Source of the DNA: Eledone cirrhosa
Taxonomy: Eukaryota
Assembly (NCBI GenBank): GCA_964016885.1
Contig: OZ024743.1
Coordinates: 88,846,001-88,910,000, forward strand
Length of the DNA: 64,000 nucleotides
Direction of reading: 5' to 3'
Numbering within the stretch: the stretch's first letter is position 1; each line of letters opens with the position of its first letter. A program made the translations under genes and the position numbers. The notes below the pieces were generated by a model. That model made no database searches and was not told the DNA's origin. It saw only the letters and a list, made by a program, of their open reading frames with translations. Below are positions 38,495-49,626 of the stretch, one piece after another.

Positions 38495-39375
38495 AAATAA
38501 TTGTTTCTACTTTTGGCACAAGGCCAGCAATTATCCCAGTGCATTACTGGTACTTTATTTCATTGACCCCGTAAGGATGAAAGGCAAAGTTAACCTCGGT
38601 GGGATTTGAACTTCACTACTGGGATAACAGTGTATTGTCTGCTATTTTTCTCCTCTTCCATTTTTTAACCCTTTCATTACCATATTTCTAATAAAATAAT
38701 GAAATACACTGTATATAGGTTTCAATTAATTTAGAAAATAATAAAACATTTGGAGGAATTTAATAAAATAACTAAATTTTCCATTAGTAAACTGATATTT
38801 AGTTCATTAATAATAATAATTGTTTCTACTTATGGCACAAGGCCAGCAATTATCCAGTGTATTACTGGTACTTTATTTTATCGACCACGTAAGGATGAAA
38901 GACAAAGTTAACCTCGGCGGGATTTGAACTCAGATCGTAAAGGGACGTAACTGTTCATTAATAATAATAATTGTTTCTACTTTCGGCACAAGGCCAGCAC
39001 TTATCCAGTTCATTACTGGTACTTTATTTTATCGACCCCGTAAGGATGAAAGACAAAGTCAACTTCGGCGGGATTTGAACTCAGATCGTAAAGGGACGTA
39101 ACTATGCTGGAAAGCATGGCGTCCGACCCTCTACCGATACTGCCAATCCACAAGAATGCTTTCTGATTTAGGCACAAGGACAACAGATTTTTGGGATGGG
39201 AAAAATCAATTAAATTGACCCCAGTGCATTACTGGTACTTTATTTTATCAACTCTGAAAGGATGAAAGGCAAAGCTAACCTCGACAGGATTTAAAAGCAG
39301 GACGTAAACAGCCGGAATAAATGCCACAAATAATTTTCTCCAACACTCTAATGATTCTGCCAATCCACCGGCCTA
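38495..39375 (-). mobile_element. Cluster of four Nin-like SINE copies (about 38495-38612, 38810-38953, 38960-39150, 39160-39375)
   Basis: Repeated ggcacaaggccagc...aaggatgaaag.caaagttaacctcgg.gggatttgaac. Confidence 0.85.
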
Positions 39376-39956
39376 GTACATTAATAATAATAATGAAAAT
39401 TATTGTTTACTGTGCTCAGGTGCACTATAGCTCATTAGATAAGGTAGCCAAAGGTGCATGTATAGTGAACAGTGTATGAGTCATGATATATACACACACA
39501 CACAACACACATACACACACACACACACACACACCACACATACCACACACACACACACAGGGGAATATCAAGTGTAGAGTTGGTGAATTTCGGGAAGCAT
39601 GGACATTTTGAAGGATTACTTAACAAAATCTTCTAAAATATATTATAACAAAAAGTCGTAATATATGGATCAACATTTTGGAAATAATAAAATATTTAGG
39701 AGTGTCTGAGGACTCTTCCCCCATGACCCTCGCAGGAATAAGTGGACGAAGAAGAAGATAAAATATTGGAGAAATTTAATAAAATAACTCTTTCATCAGT
39801 AAGCTGATATTTAGAACATTACTTTAGAAACATTTCTACAATGAAATTATAATTATGATGTAAAGATTTAATATAATTTATATAAACATAAATTTTAAAG
39901 TCATCAATTTTGTATCACAAATTCAGGCCAGTTTCTAGTGGTTTGGTAGGAAAAGG

Positions 39957-39957
<1 letters not shown>
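38669..39957. mobile_element. TTAA-flanked piggyBac-like MITE, interrupted by SINEs and LINE ends
   Basis: TTAA|CCCTTT ... AAAGGG|TTAA termini. Confidence 0.6.
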
Positions 39958-39961
<4 letters not shown>

Positions 39962-40032
<71 letters not shown>

Positions 40033-40042
40033 AGAGAGAGAA

Positions 40043-40078
<36 letters not shown>
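39962..40078. repeat. (GA)n microsatellite
   Basis: Direct observation. Confidence 0.95.
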
Positions 40079-40084
<6 letters not shown>

Positions 40085-40299
40085 TCCTAAGTAGCAGCTG
40101 AGCTTAAATTAGAGTCTGGTTCACTGAATGAACATAATAGACCAATGATAATAGTGAATAGTGGCAGTTGTAATCAACTATCTTAGTACTGATTTGTGGT
40201 GCAGTTCTGCTGCAAGACATATTTGTCTGACATCTCATTGAGAAGAGGAAGTTGCTGTGTTTTCTTTCTCACATTTTGCTCTCCTTTCTGTCTGACATC

Positions 40300-40335
40300 A
40301 TGAGACCTAACTACAGAATGAAACACCATAATAAG
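40300..40335 (+). other. Candidate first coding exon segment (MRPNYRMKHHNK)
   Basis: ATG in non-repetitive sequence, followed by a strong AAG|GTAAAC donor; no homology recognised. Confidence 0.25.
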
Positions 40336-41424
40336 GTAAACTTTATTTACATTTACCATAATTCTACCTCTGGTTGTTATTATTGTTAATACTATTAGTA
40401 ATATTATTAATATTTCAAGTTGTAAGAATGGCTATAGCTATCTATAAAACAGTAGTCTGGTTACATCATACAAATAGATCATTTACTTCACATTTAACAG
40501 CAGATTACTGTATTGAATTATTGATTTTGGTTATTGGGAATTGATGCGGATATATAACATAGATAGATTCAACTGCAGACAACAAAATGGCTACCTTGTT
40601 TTACTTTTTATGTCTTGACTTGTATATATATTTATTTGTATGTTTTGCTTGGTAGTTGTTGTAAATATTATAATAATTGTTTCTACTTTTTGGCACAAGG
40701 CCAGCAATTACCCAGTATCATTACTGGTACTTTATTTTATCGACCCCGTAAGGATGAAAGGCAAAGTTAACCTCGGTGGGATTTTAATAATATGTTGTAG
40801 TTCTTGATGTTGTTGTTAGTAGTTGGTTATTAGTTGTTGTTGATGTTGTTGTTGGGTAATCCTAACCACTGGTACAATACCTGGGGGAAGTAGGTTTAGG
40901 CTACCACCACACTCTGTGTACAATATAACAGTGTGGGTATCTTGACCGGTATGTGGTGAAATCAGACCAGATGCCTGGCTATTTAGCACCCTAGGCTATC
41001 TCTACAATGTGTGCTCCTTAAGCTAAGCATAAAATATTCCTGTGTATTTACTAACCTAAGCTATCTCTACAGTGAGTAGAGCCAACTATATAATGTGTGT
41101 CTGGGTATTTAGCACTATAGACCAACTCTACAATGTATACTCCATTCTCCCAAATAAAATAATTTCAACTTACAATTTGGTAAGCTGACAAACCTAATGT
41201 TTTACTCTTCATGCTCTGACCACACTAAGAATATTACTAAGCTTGCATTTCCCACTACACAGTTCACAGTTACTCACTTCAAGTCATGTAACAGGACATA
41301 ACACCATTTAACCCTCTCCACTGCTTCGGATATTTCCACAATATTACTACGCAGCAGAGATATTTAGCTATTTATCTATTGATTGCAGAAAATTATTAAA
41401 TATGTTTAATTTAACTTTACATAA

Positions 41425-41700
41425 TTGTGGCAGAGTTGTTAGAACGTCGGATAGAATGTTTTGTAGTATTTGTTCCGACTCTCTGCTCTCTAAGTTCAAA
41501 TCCCGCTGAGCTAAACTTTGCCTTTCATCCATTTAAGGTCAATACAAAAGTACTCGTCTCACTTCCTATCCTACACTGGAAGAAATCTATTGTGTTCAGA
41601 CCTGGAGAGAAGATGGGCTCAGCCAGGTTTAAAAATACCCTAGAGGTATCATATGTCAATATGGTGCCTCCATGACTCCCTCAGGAGTTACGGGACCATG
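41425..41700 (+). mobile_element. Nin-like SINE with long tail
   Basis: tggcagagttgttag A box, aagttcaaatcc B box; tail shared with 8215-8340. Confidence 0.75.
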
Positions 41701-41822
41701 TATAATTGTATAAAACTATGACCCTTTATAGTTCTGTAATACATCTCTCTGTGGTCTGTGTCCTAGGTGGTTGCCTATTTGGTCTTAATAGTAGCACCAG
41801 TCCTGGGTGTGACAGTCTAGAC

Positions 41823-42244
41823 CAGGCATGTCAAACTGAGGGTTCCCCGAGAGCCACATGGGTCACATATGTGTTGTCTGAGGACCACATGGGTCATATA
41901 TGTGTTGTCTGAGGACCACATGGGTCACATGTGTTGTCTGAGGACCACATGGGTCATATATGTGTTGTCTGAGGACCACATGGGTCACATGTGTTGTCTG
42001 AGGACTACATGGGTCACCTATGTGTTGTCTGAGGACCACATGGGTCATATATGTGTTGTCTGAGGACCACATGGGTCACACATGTGTTGTCTGAGGACCA
42101 CACACACACCAACAAATTGCGCACATTACAACTAATTTTTTAAATTTTATATTACGAAAATAAAACATGCTCGCGCTGTAAAAACCTTTGTGCGGGCCTC
42201 AGGTGTGTTGTAAAGGGCAGCGGGCCCCATGTTTGACATGTCTG
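41823..42244. mobile_element. hAT (Charlie-like) MITE containing a 29-31-bp minisatellite (about 41853-42100)
   Basis: Terminal inverted repeats (TIRs) caggcatgtcaaac / gtttgacatgtctg; imperfect 8-bp TSD gtctagac / gtctaggg. Confidence 0.75.
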
Positions 42245-42289
42245 GTCTAGGGTACAATAGGATAATGTTGGCAGATTGTATTGGATATA

Positions 42290-45200
42290 ATATGGTAATG
42301 TGGCTGGCTATGTTGTGTGGTAAAGTGTGTAGGATGTAGTATAATTATAATATGTATGAGTATTGTGTGGTAGTGTGTGTATATATGTATATGTTGTTGT
42401 AAGGTAGTGTGTATATGGTGCATATGTGTTGCTGTGGTGGTAGTGTGTGTATGTGTTGTTCTGTGGTTGTGTAACTATAATGTGTATGTGCTGTGTGGTA
42501 GTGTGTGTTTGTTGATGTGTGGTAGTGTAACTATAATATGTATGTGTTGTTGAATGGTAGTATAGGCTGTAGTATAGCAGTGTAACTATGTTGTGTGGTA
42601 GTATAGGCTGTAGTATAGCAGTGTAACTATGTTGTGTGGTAGTATAGGCTGTAGTGTAGCAGTGTAACTATGTTGTGTGGTAGTATAGGTACAGTGTATA
42701 GGCTGTAGTATATCAGTGTAACATTGTTGTGTGGTAGTATAGGCTGTAGTATAGCAGTGTAACTATGTTGTGTGGTAGTATAGGCTGTAGTATAACAGTG
42801 TAACTATGTTGTGTGGTAGTATAGGCTGTAGTGTAGCAGTGTAACTATGTTGTGTGGTAGTATAGGTACAGTGTATAGGCTGTAGTATAGCAGTGTAACT
42901 ATGTTATGTGGTAGTATAGGCTGTAGTATAGCAGTGTAACTATGTTGTGTGGTCGTATAGGCTGTAGTATAGCAATATAACTATGTTGTGTGGTAGTATA
43001 GGCTGTAGTATAACAGTGTAACTATGTTGTGTGGTAGTATAGGCTGTAGTATATCAGTGTAACTATGTTATGTGGTAGTATAGGCTGTAGTATAGCAGTG
43101 TAACTATGTTGTGTGGTAGTATAGGCTGTAGTATAGCAGTGTAACTATGTTGTGTGGTAGTATAGGCTGTAGTATATCAGTGTAACTATGTTGTGTGGTA
43201 GTATAGGCTGTAGTATAGCAGTGTAACTATGTTGTGTGGTAGTATAGGCTGTAGTATATCAGTGTAACATTGTTGTGTGGTAGTATAGGCTGTAGTATAG
43301 CAGTGTAACTATGTTGTGTGGTAGTATAGGCTGTAGTATAGCAGTGTAACTATGTTGTGTGGTAGTATAGGCTGTAGTATAACAGTGTAACTATGTTGTG
43401 TGGTAGTATAGGCTGTAGTGTAGCAGTGTAACTATGTTGTGTGGTAGTATAGGTACAGTGTATAGGCTGTAGTATAGCAGTGTAACTATGTTATGTGGTA
43501 GTATAGGCTGTAGTATATCAGTGTAACTATGTTGTGTGGTAGTATAGGCTGTAGTATAGCAATATAACTATGTTGTGTGGTAGTATAGGCTGTAGTGTAA
43601 CTATATAGTGTAACACTATTGTGCAGTGTAACTATATTGTGTGGTAGTATAGGCTGTAGTATAGCAATATAACTATGTTGTGTGGTAGTATAGGCTGTAG
43701 TATATCAGTGTAACTATGTTCTGTGGTAGTATAGGCTGTAGTATAGCAGTGTAACTATGTTATGTGGTAGTATAGGCTGTAGTATATCAGTGTAACTATG
43801 TTGTGTGGTAGTATAGGCTGTAGTATAGCAGCATAACTATGTTGTGTGGTAGTATAGGCTGTTGTATAGCAGTGTAACTATGTTGTGTGGTAGTATAGGC
43901 TGTAGTATAGCAGTGTAACTATGTGGTAGTATAGGCTGTAGTATAGCAGTGTAACTATGTTGTGTGGTAGTATAGGCTGTAGTATAGCAGTGTAACTATG
44001 TTATGTGGTAGTATAGGCTGTAGTATAGCAGTGTAACTATGTGGTATTATAGTTTGTAGTATAGCAGTGTAACTATGTTGTGTGGTAGTATAGGCTGTAG
44101 TATAACAGTGTAACTATGTTGTGTGGTAGTATAGGCTGTAGTATAGTAGTGTAACTATGTTGTGTGGTAGTATAGGCTGTAGTATAGCAGTGTAACTATA
44201 TTGTGTGGTAGTATAGCAGTGTAACTATATTGTGTGGTAGTATAGCAGTGTAACTATGTTGTGTGGTAGTATTGGCTGTAGTATAGCAGTGTAACTATGT
44301 TGTGTGGTAGTATAGGCTGTAGTATAGCAGTGTAACTATGTTGTGTAGAAGTATAGGCTGTAGTATAGCAGTGTAATTTTAATTTGTGGTAGTATAGGCT
44401 GTAGTATAGCAGCATAACTATGTTGTGTGGTAGTATAGGCTGTTGTATAGCAGTGTAACTATATTGTGTGGTAGTATAGCAGTGTAACTATGTTGTGTGG
44501 TAGTATAGGCTGTAGTATAGCAGTGTAACTATGTTGTGTGGTAGTATTGGCTGTAGTATAGCAGTGTAATTTTAATTTGTGGTAGTATAGGCTGTAGTAT
44601 AGCAGCATAACTATGTTGTGTGGTAGTATAGGCTGTTGTATAGCAGTGTAACTATGTTGTGTGGTAGTATAGGCTGTAGTATAGCAGTGTAACTATGTTG
44701 TGTAGAAGTATAGGCTGTAGTATAGCAGTGTAACTATGTTGTGTGGTAGTATAGACTGTAATATAGCAGTGTAACTATGTTGTGTGGTAGTATAGGCTGT
44801 AGTATAGCAGTGTAATTATGTTGTGTGGTAGTATAGGCTGTAGTATAGCAGTGTAACTAGGTTGTGTGGTAGTATAGGTACAGTGTATAGGCTGTAGTAT
44901 AGCACTGTAACTATGTTGTGTGGTAGTATAGGTACAGTGTATAGGCTGTAGTATAACAGTGTAACTATGTTGTGTGGTAGTATAGGCTGTAGTGTAGCAG
45001 TGTAACTATGTTGTGTGGTAGTATTGGCTGTAGTATAGCAGTGTAACTATGTTATGTGGTAGTATAGACTGTAGTATAGCAGTGTAACTATGTTGTGTGG
45101 TAGTATAGGCTGTAGTATAGCAGTGTAACTATGTTGCGTGGTAGTATTGGCTATAGTATAGCAGTGTAACTATGTGGTAGTATTAGCTGTAGTATAGCAG

Positions 45201-45545
45201 TGTAACTATGTTGTGTGGTAGTATAGGCTGTAGTAAAGCACTGTAACTATGTTGTGTGGTAGTATAGGCTGTAGTATAGCAGTGTAACTATGTTGTGTGG
45301 TAGTATAGGCTGTAGTATAGCAGTGTAACTATGTTATGTGGTAGTATAGGCTGTAGTATAGCAGTGTAACTATGTTGTGTGGTAATATAAGCTGTAGTAT
45401 ACCAATGTAACTATGTGGTAGTATAGGCTGTAGTATAGCAATGTAACTATGTGGTAGTATAGGCTGTAGTATAGCAGTGTAACTATGTGGTAGTATAGGC
45501 TGTAGTATAGCAGTGTAACTATGTTGCGTGGTAGTATAGGTACAT
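42290..45545. repeat. 41-bp minisatellite (gtggtagtataggctgtagtatagcagtgtaactatgttgt), about 70 units, degenerate at the left edge
   Basis: Direct observation. Confidence 0.97.
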
Positions 45546-45703
45546 AGCCTCTCTCTCCTTACTGTTGAACCTATTTTGGTAATATCTGGTGGAGCTGATT
45601 AATCTAGTAATCAGTTGATGTGATAAGTCTTATCTCTGGCGTCATCTGCATATTTAACCCCTTCATGACCACAATTCTAATGAATTATACTCTATTTAAT
45701 TAA

Positions 45704-45907
45704 CCCTTTATCATTTAAATTACTCTATATTTACTATTGTATTTTCATGGTAAACTCTATCTCATAATATCTAATCTGCAAGATTTTGATATTGCTTATT
45801 TTGAGAACAATACCTTAACATAAGTATAAGCAGCCATTTATGGCCATTTTGAATAGAAAGAGGTAAGAGAATTCTGGCTGGATACGACTGGTTTAAATGC
45901 TAAAGGG
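45704..45907. mobile_element. Complete piggyBac-like MITE
   Basis: TIRs ccctttatcatttaaa / tttaaatgctaaaggg (15 of 16 match); TTAA on both sides. Confidence 0.85.
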
Positions 45908-46657
45908 TTAATGAAGAATTTTGAGGGATTTACAAGAATTGTCAATTATATCGTTACTAAGATAGTAATCTATATTACTAAAACAGAGAATGTCTGTTTG
46001 TCTGTCTGTCTGTACAATCACTAAAACTCGAGAACCACCCAACCAATTGTTTTCAAACTTTACACATGTAATACTTATGGTCCTATTGAGTGTTCTGAGC
46101 AAAAAAAAATTTCAAATTTTCAATGCCCTGAGGACTGCATTAGGCGATTTAGCGATCTCTTTCTCTCTCTCTTAGTTTTTCTCTTTTTAGATAGATACAT
46201 AGATATTACGTTGCACCCTTATAATATTTGTCTGTATGCCTGGCTGTCTGCATTACGTCATTATGACGGTGTGTGTGTATGTATATATAGTGTGTGTATA
46301 TATATATATTGTTATACTTTGGGAGGGTCATGTTGCCAATAAGAAACACACGCACCAGTTGCTTTCACTTCAATTTATTATAAATTAAATTTATAAATTT
46401 AGGAATTTATAAATTTCTGGTTGGTTGGTTCCACAACCAGACGATTGTTCATATATTGTGAAAGTTCTTCGTCACACATTCTGTGACCTCTTCAGTGACT
46501 GGGATTCTTTTTTTTGTTTTTGTGCCTCTCCTTTGTTCTGTCCTACGCCATCTTGTTTTTGTGTGTGTTGTGTGCTTAGTTTGCGCATGTGTTACATCCG
46601 GGTGTCTGTGTGTGTTTATATTTGTTTATTTACATGTTACTGGTTGGTTGTTTGTTT

Positions 46658-46750
46658 AGACAAATTACAGAGGCAATAAACATAAATGAACTCCAACCAA
46701 AATTAAATAGAAAGCATGAATGGAATAGCAACATCACAACTTACAATTAA
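46658..46750 (+). pseudogene. C-terminal remnant of a PLE GIY-YIG endonuclease
   Basis: Manual translation RQITEAINI-NELQPKLNRKHEWNSNITTYN* fits the R..E...I......LN end of PLE GIY-YIG domains. Confidence 0.75.
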
Positions 46751-46943
46751 GGACAAAATGAAAACACACATAGAACAAACAACCAACCAGTAACATGTAA
46801 ATAAACAAATAAATAAACAAATATAAACACACACAGACACCCGGATGTAACACATGCGCAAACTAAGCACACAACACACACAAAAACAAGATGGCGTAGG
46901 ACAGAACAAAGGAGAGGCACAAAAACAAAGAAAAGAATCCCGA

Positions 46944-46986
46944 GTCACTGAAGAGGTCACAGAATGTGTGACGAAAGAACTTTGAC
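46944..46986 (+). ncRNA. Minimal type-I hammerhead ribozyme (mutated antisense twin at 46458-46499)
   Basis: GTCA-CTGAAGA-G-GTCACA(gaatg)TGTGAC-GAAAG-aa-CTT-TGAC. Confidence 0.75.
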
Positions 46987-47194
46987 AATATATGAACACT
47001 CGTCTGGTTGTGGAACCAACCAACCAGAAATTTATAAATTCCTAAATTTATAAATTTAATTTATAATAGATTGAAATGAAAGCAACTGGTGCATGTGTTT
47101 CTTATTGGCAACATGACCCTCCCAAAGTATAACAATATTGGTTTCAACACACGTTTTCTCAGATGAAGAATCTTGCTAAACAAATTCAGAAACG

Positions 47195-47240
<46 letters not shown>

Positions 47241-47243
<3 letters not shown>

Positions 47244-47452
47244 AATGTGGCCGTGTAGGCAACACGGTAAAAACCTCCCAGCACCACACTGTAAACGTGG
47301 TTGGTGTTAGGAAGGGCATCCAGCTGTAGAAAACCCGCCAGACAGTCCTATGCGAGCAAGACAACCACTCTTGCCTCAAGTGGGAAAACTCCCGTCCAAA
47401 CTCATGCAAGCGTGGAACATGGACGTTAAACGATGATGATGATGATGATGAT
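47241..47452 (+). mobile_element. RTE family B 3' UTR fragment
   Basis: Matches 3919-4141. Confidence 0.9.
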
Positions 47453-47626
47453 GTGTAACGTTTTTCGAAATATTTACTTCTGCGTTCACAGATTTATTAT
47501 TTTAGTTTCAGAAGATCCCGTTAAGGGTGAAAGCAGCGATTCTTTGCTTAAACTTTAATCTGTTATTTTAATACATATATATATATATACATATATATAT
47601 ATACATATATATATATATACATATAT

Positions 47627-47963
47627 GGCACATGGCTTAGTGGTTAGAGCATTGGCCTTGCAATCGAAAGGTTGTGAGTTCAATTCTCAGACTAGGTGAT
47701 GTGTTGTTTCCTTGAGCAAGACACTTTACTTCAAATTGCTCCAGTTTACTCAGCTGTAGAAATGAGAGAATAGGGACTGGGGTCCTTATCATTCCACTGC
47801 AAAGTGGTCGTGGAGGTGCCACGGCAAAAAAACATCCAGCACTCACTGTAAATGAGGTTGGTGTTAGGAAGGGCATCCAGCTGTAGAAATCAAGCCAGAA
47901 TCAGTTCCCGTCCCACCCTTGCAAGCAGGGAAAGGCAGACGTAAAATGATGAATGATGATGAT
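47627..47963 (+). mobile_element. CORE-like SINE joined to RTE family C 3' UTR and RTE family A 3' terminus
   Basis: tRNA-like head and core 47627-47768; family C UTR 47794-47908; family A end 47908-47963. Confidence 0.75.
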
Positions 47964-47984
47964 ATATATATATATATATATATA

Positions 47985-48249
47985 TTTAATGTATAATAAA
48001 CAATACAGTATAATTACCTCATTACCAGGGGTTTCCCGAATAAGGTGAATACAAGAAACGTCCGCATTCGTTCATCAGACAAGGCAATTTAAAACATAGT
48101 GAACTATTTGAAAAATCTCCTCAAGAAAGGCAAAAGTTTAACGGGCAAAAAAAAAAAATAAAAGTAATAATACAAGAGATGTATAAAAAAATAAAAATAA
48201 AGAAATATAGTAAGGGGATGTGTACCCCTGGTAATGAGGTAATTATACT
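47985..48249 (-). mobile_element. PLE-like remnant with a 26-bp inverted arm (48007-48032 and 48224-48249)
   Basis: Inverted repeat plus hammerhead, within (TA)n. Confidence 0.65.
48017..48084 (-). ncRNA. Type-I hammerhead ribozyme
   Basis: CCTTGT-CTGATGA-a-CGAAT..ATTCG-g-GAAACC-cct-GGTA-ATGAGG. Confidence 0.68.
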
Positions 48250-48377
48250 TCAATACATATATATATATATATATATTATATATAGAGTTATAAACTCAAA
48301 CAGTCTTTTACAAAATAGCTCAAAGAAAGAGATATTTCCAAGCTGTGTAATACAAATGAATATATGATAAACACTAA

Positions 48378-49313
48378 TCTATATATATAAAACTGTGGTT
48401 GTCTGTCTGTCTATCGATTTTTGGCACACATCTCCTCTTAGAATCTCTCACGGAATTGCACCGAAATTGCTATACTTGTACATTGAGCCCTAGCGAAGAC
48501 ATCGGAAAAAAAAAATTTCAAATTGACCCACCCTATGTGACGAAATCGAATATAATGTATCGATTTTTGAGCGTAAGTTATCAGTTATTTCCCTTTGTTC
48601 TGTTTACATTGAGCGTCTTGCGTAAAAAATTACGCTGGCTTTCTCAGCGTTTAAAAAATATTGACCTGCAAAATTCATCAGTTCGAACACTAAGCTTCCG
48701 TTTTGCTTCATTTCCATTTAAAAGCATTTTAAAACAATATTTTTTACTTGAAAACAAGTCTATTTAAAGACTACGTAAAACAAGCAAATATTTCGTCGTT
48801 AGGCGTGCAGACAGACAGTCGTGCAGACAGACAGTCGTGCAGACAGACAGTCGTGCAGACGGACAGTCGTGCAGACAGACAGTCGTGCAGACAGACAGTC
48901 GTGCAGAGAGGTGATATAGGCGTGCAGACAGATAGTCGTGCAGAGAGGTGATATAGGCGTGCAGACAGACAGTCGTGCAGAGAGGTGATATAGGCGTGCA
49001 GACAGACATAACTGATAATTTGGTTACGCTAATGTTTTTCTCTGCGTTGCAGTGTTTACATTTTCGATCTTTGTTAATAAATAACCAGTGCAGTTTTTAT
49101 CCCCAGCATCCTCTTTTGTTATAACATTCGGGTTATCGTTATGTTTTCTTAACTTCATAAGGCATATTGTTGGTTGAGGGAATATTAATCAAAAACACCA
49201 CATGCAAGTCTGCACAGTAGACACTACAGTTTTTAAGCCAAAAAAGAAACTTAACATTGTAACTTTAACACAGCTACTGAGCGACCCCGAGCAACGCCGG
49301 GCTTTACTGCTAG
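48378..49313 (+). mobile_element. Non-autonomous Helitron with internal 16-bp minisatellite (48803-49007)
   Basis: A|TCTATATATATAAAA...gtctgtctgtc start; cccgagcaacgccggg hairpin and CTAG|T end. Confidence 0.85.
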
Positions 49314-49626
49314 TACAAGTATATAAGTGTTTGTATTGCAAATGACCAAGTTAGCTAGATTGAAAAATACTAATTAATATATATATATATATACGATATA
49401 TTAACAAATGGAAACTATATTTATAAAACCATATCTATTTCATTATACATATTTCAAGTACACCAAGTTAAAATTATGGTGTGCTTTCATCAGATAAAAT
49501 ATAATATAGAGCAGTTTTATAAATAAATATTGACATACCCTTAAAAAATGCGACCATTTCTGTTGCAAGTTCCCGGATAGTCATCCGGGAGCTTCCAACA
49601 GAAATGGTCGCATTCTTTAAGGGTAT

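Larger units (their letters stand above)
46306..47195 (+). mobile_element. 5'-truncated Penelope-like element with inverted pseudo-LTR (arms 46306-46656 and 46773-47138)
   Basis: About 350-bp inverted repeat; GIY-YIG C-terminal remnant in the spacer; hammerhead in the arms. Confidence 0.85.

Noticed and set aside
41853-42100. Repeated CTGAGGA in the MITE minisatellite as tandem hammerheads
   Set aside because: No GAAA box or helix I/III partner in the unit
27236-47700. tRNA-like A and B boxes at 27236, 41425 and 47627 as tRNA genes
   Set aside because: They continue into CORE or Nin domains and lack a full cloverleaf, so they are SINE heads
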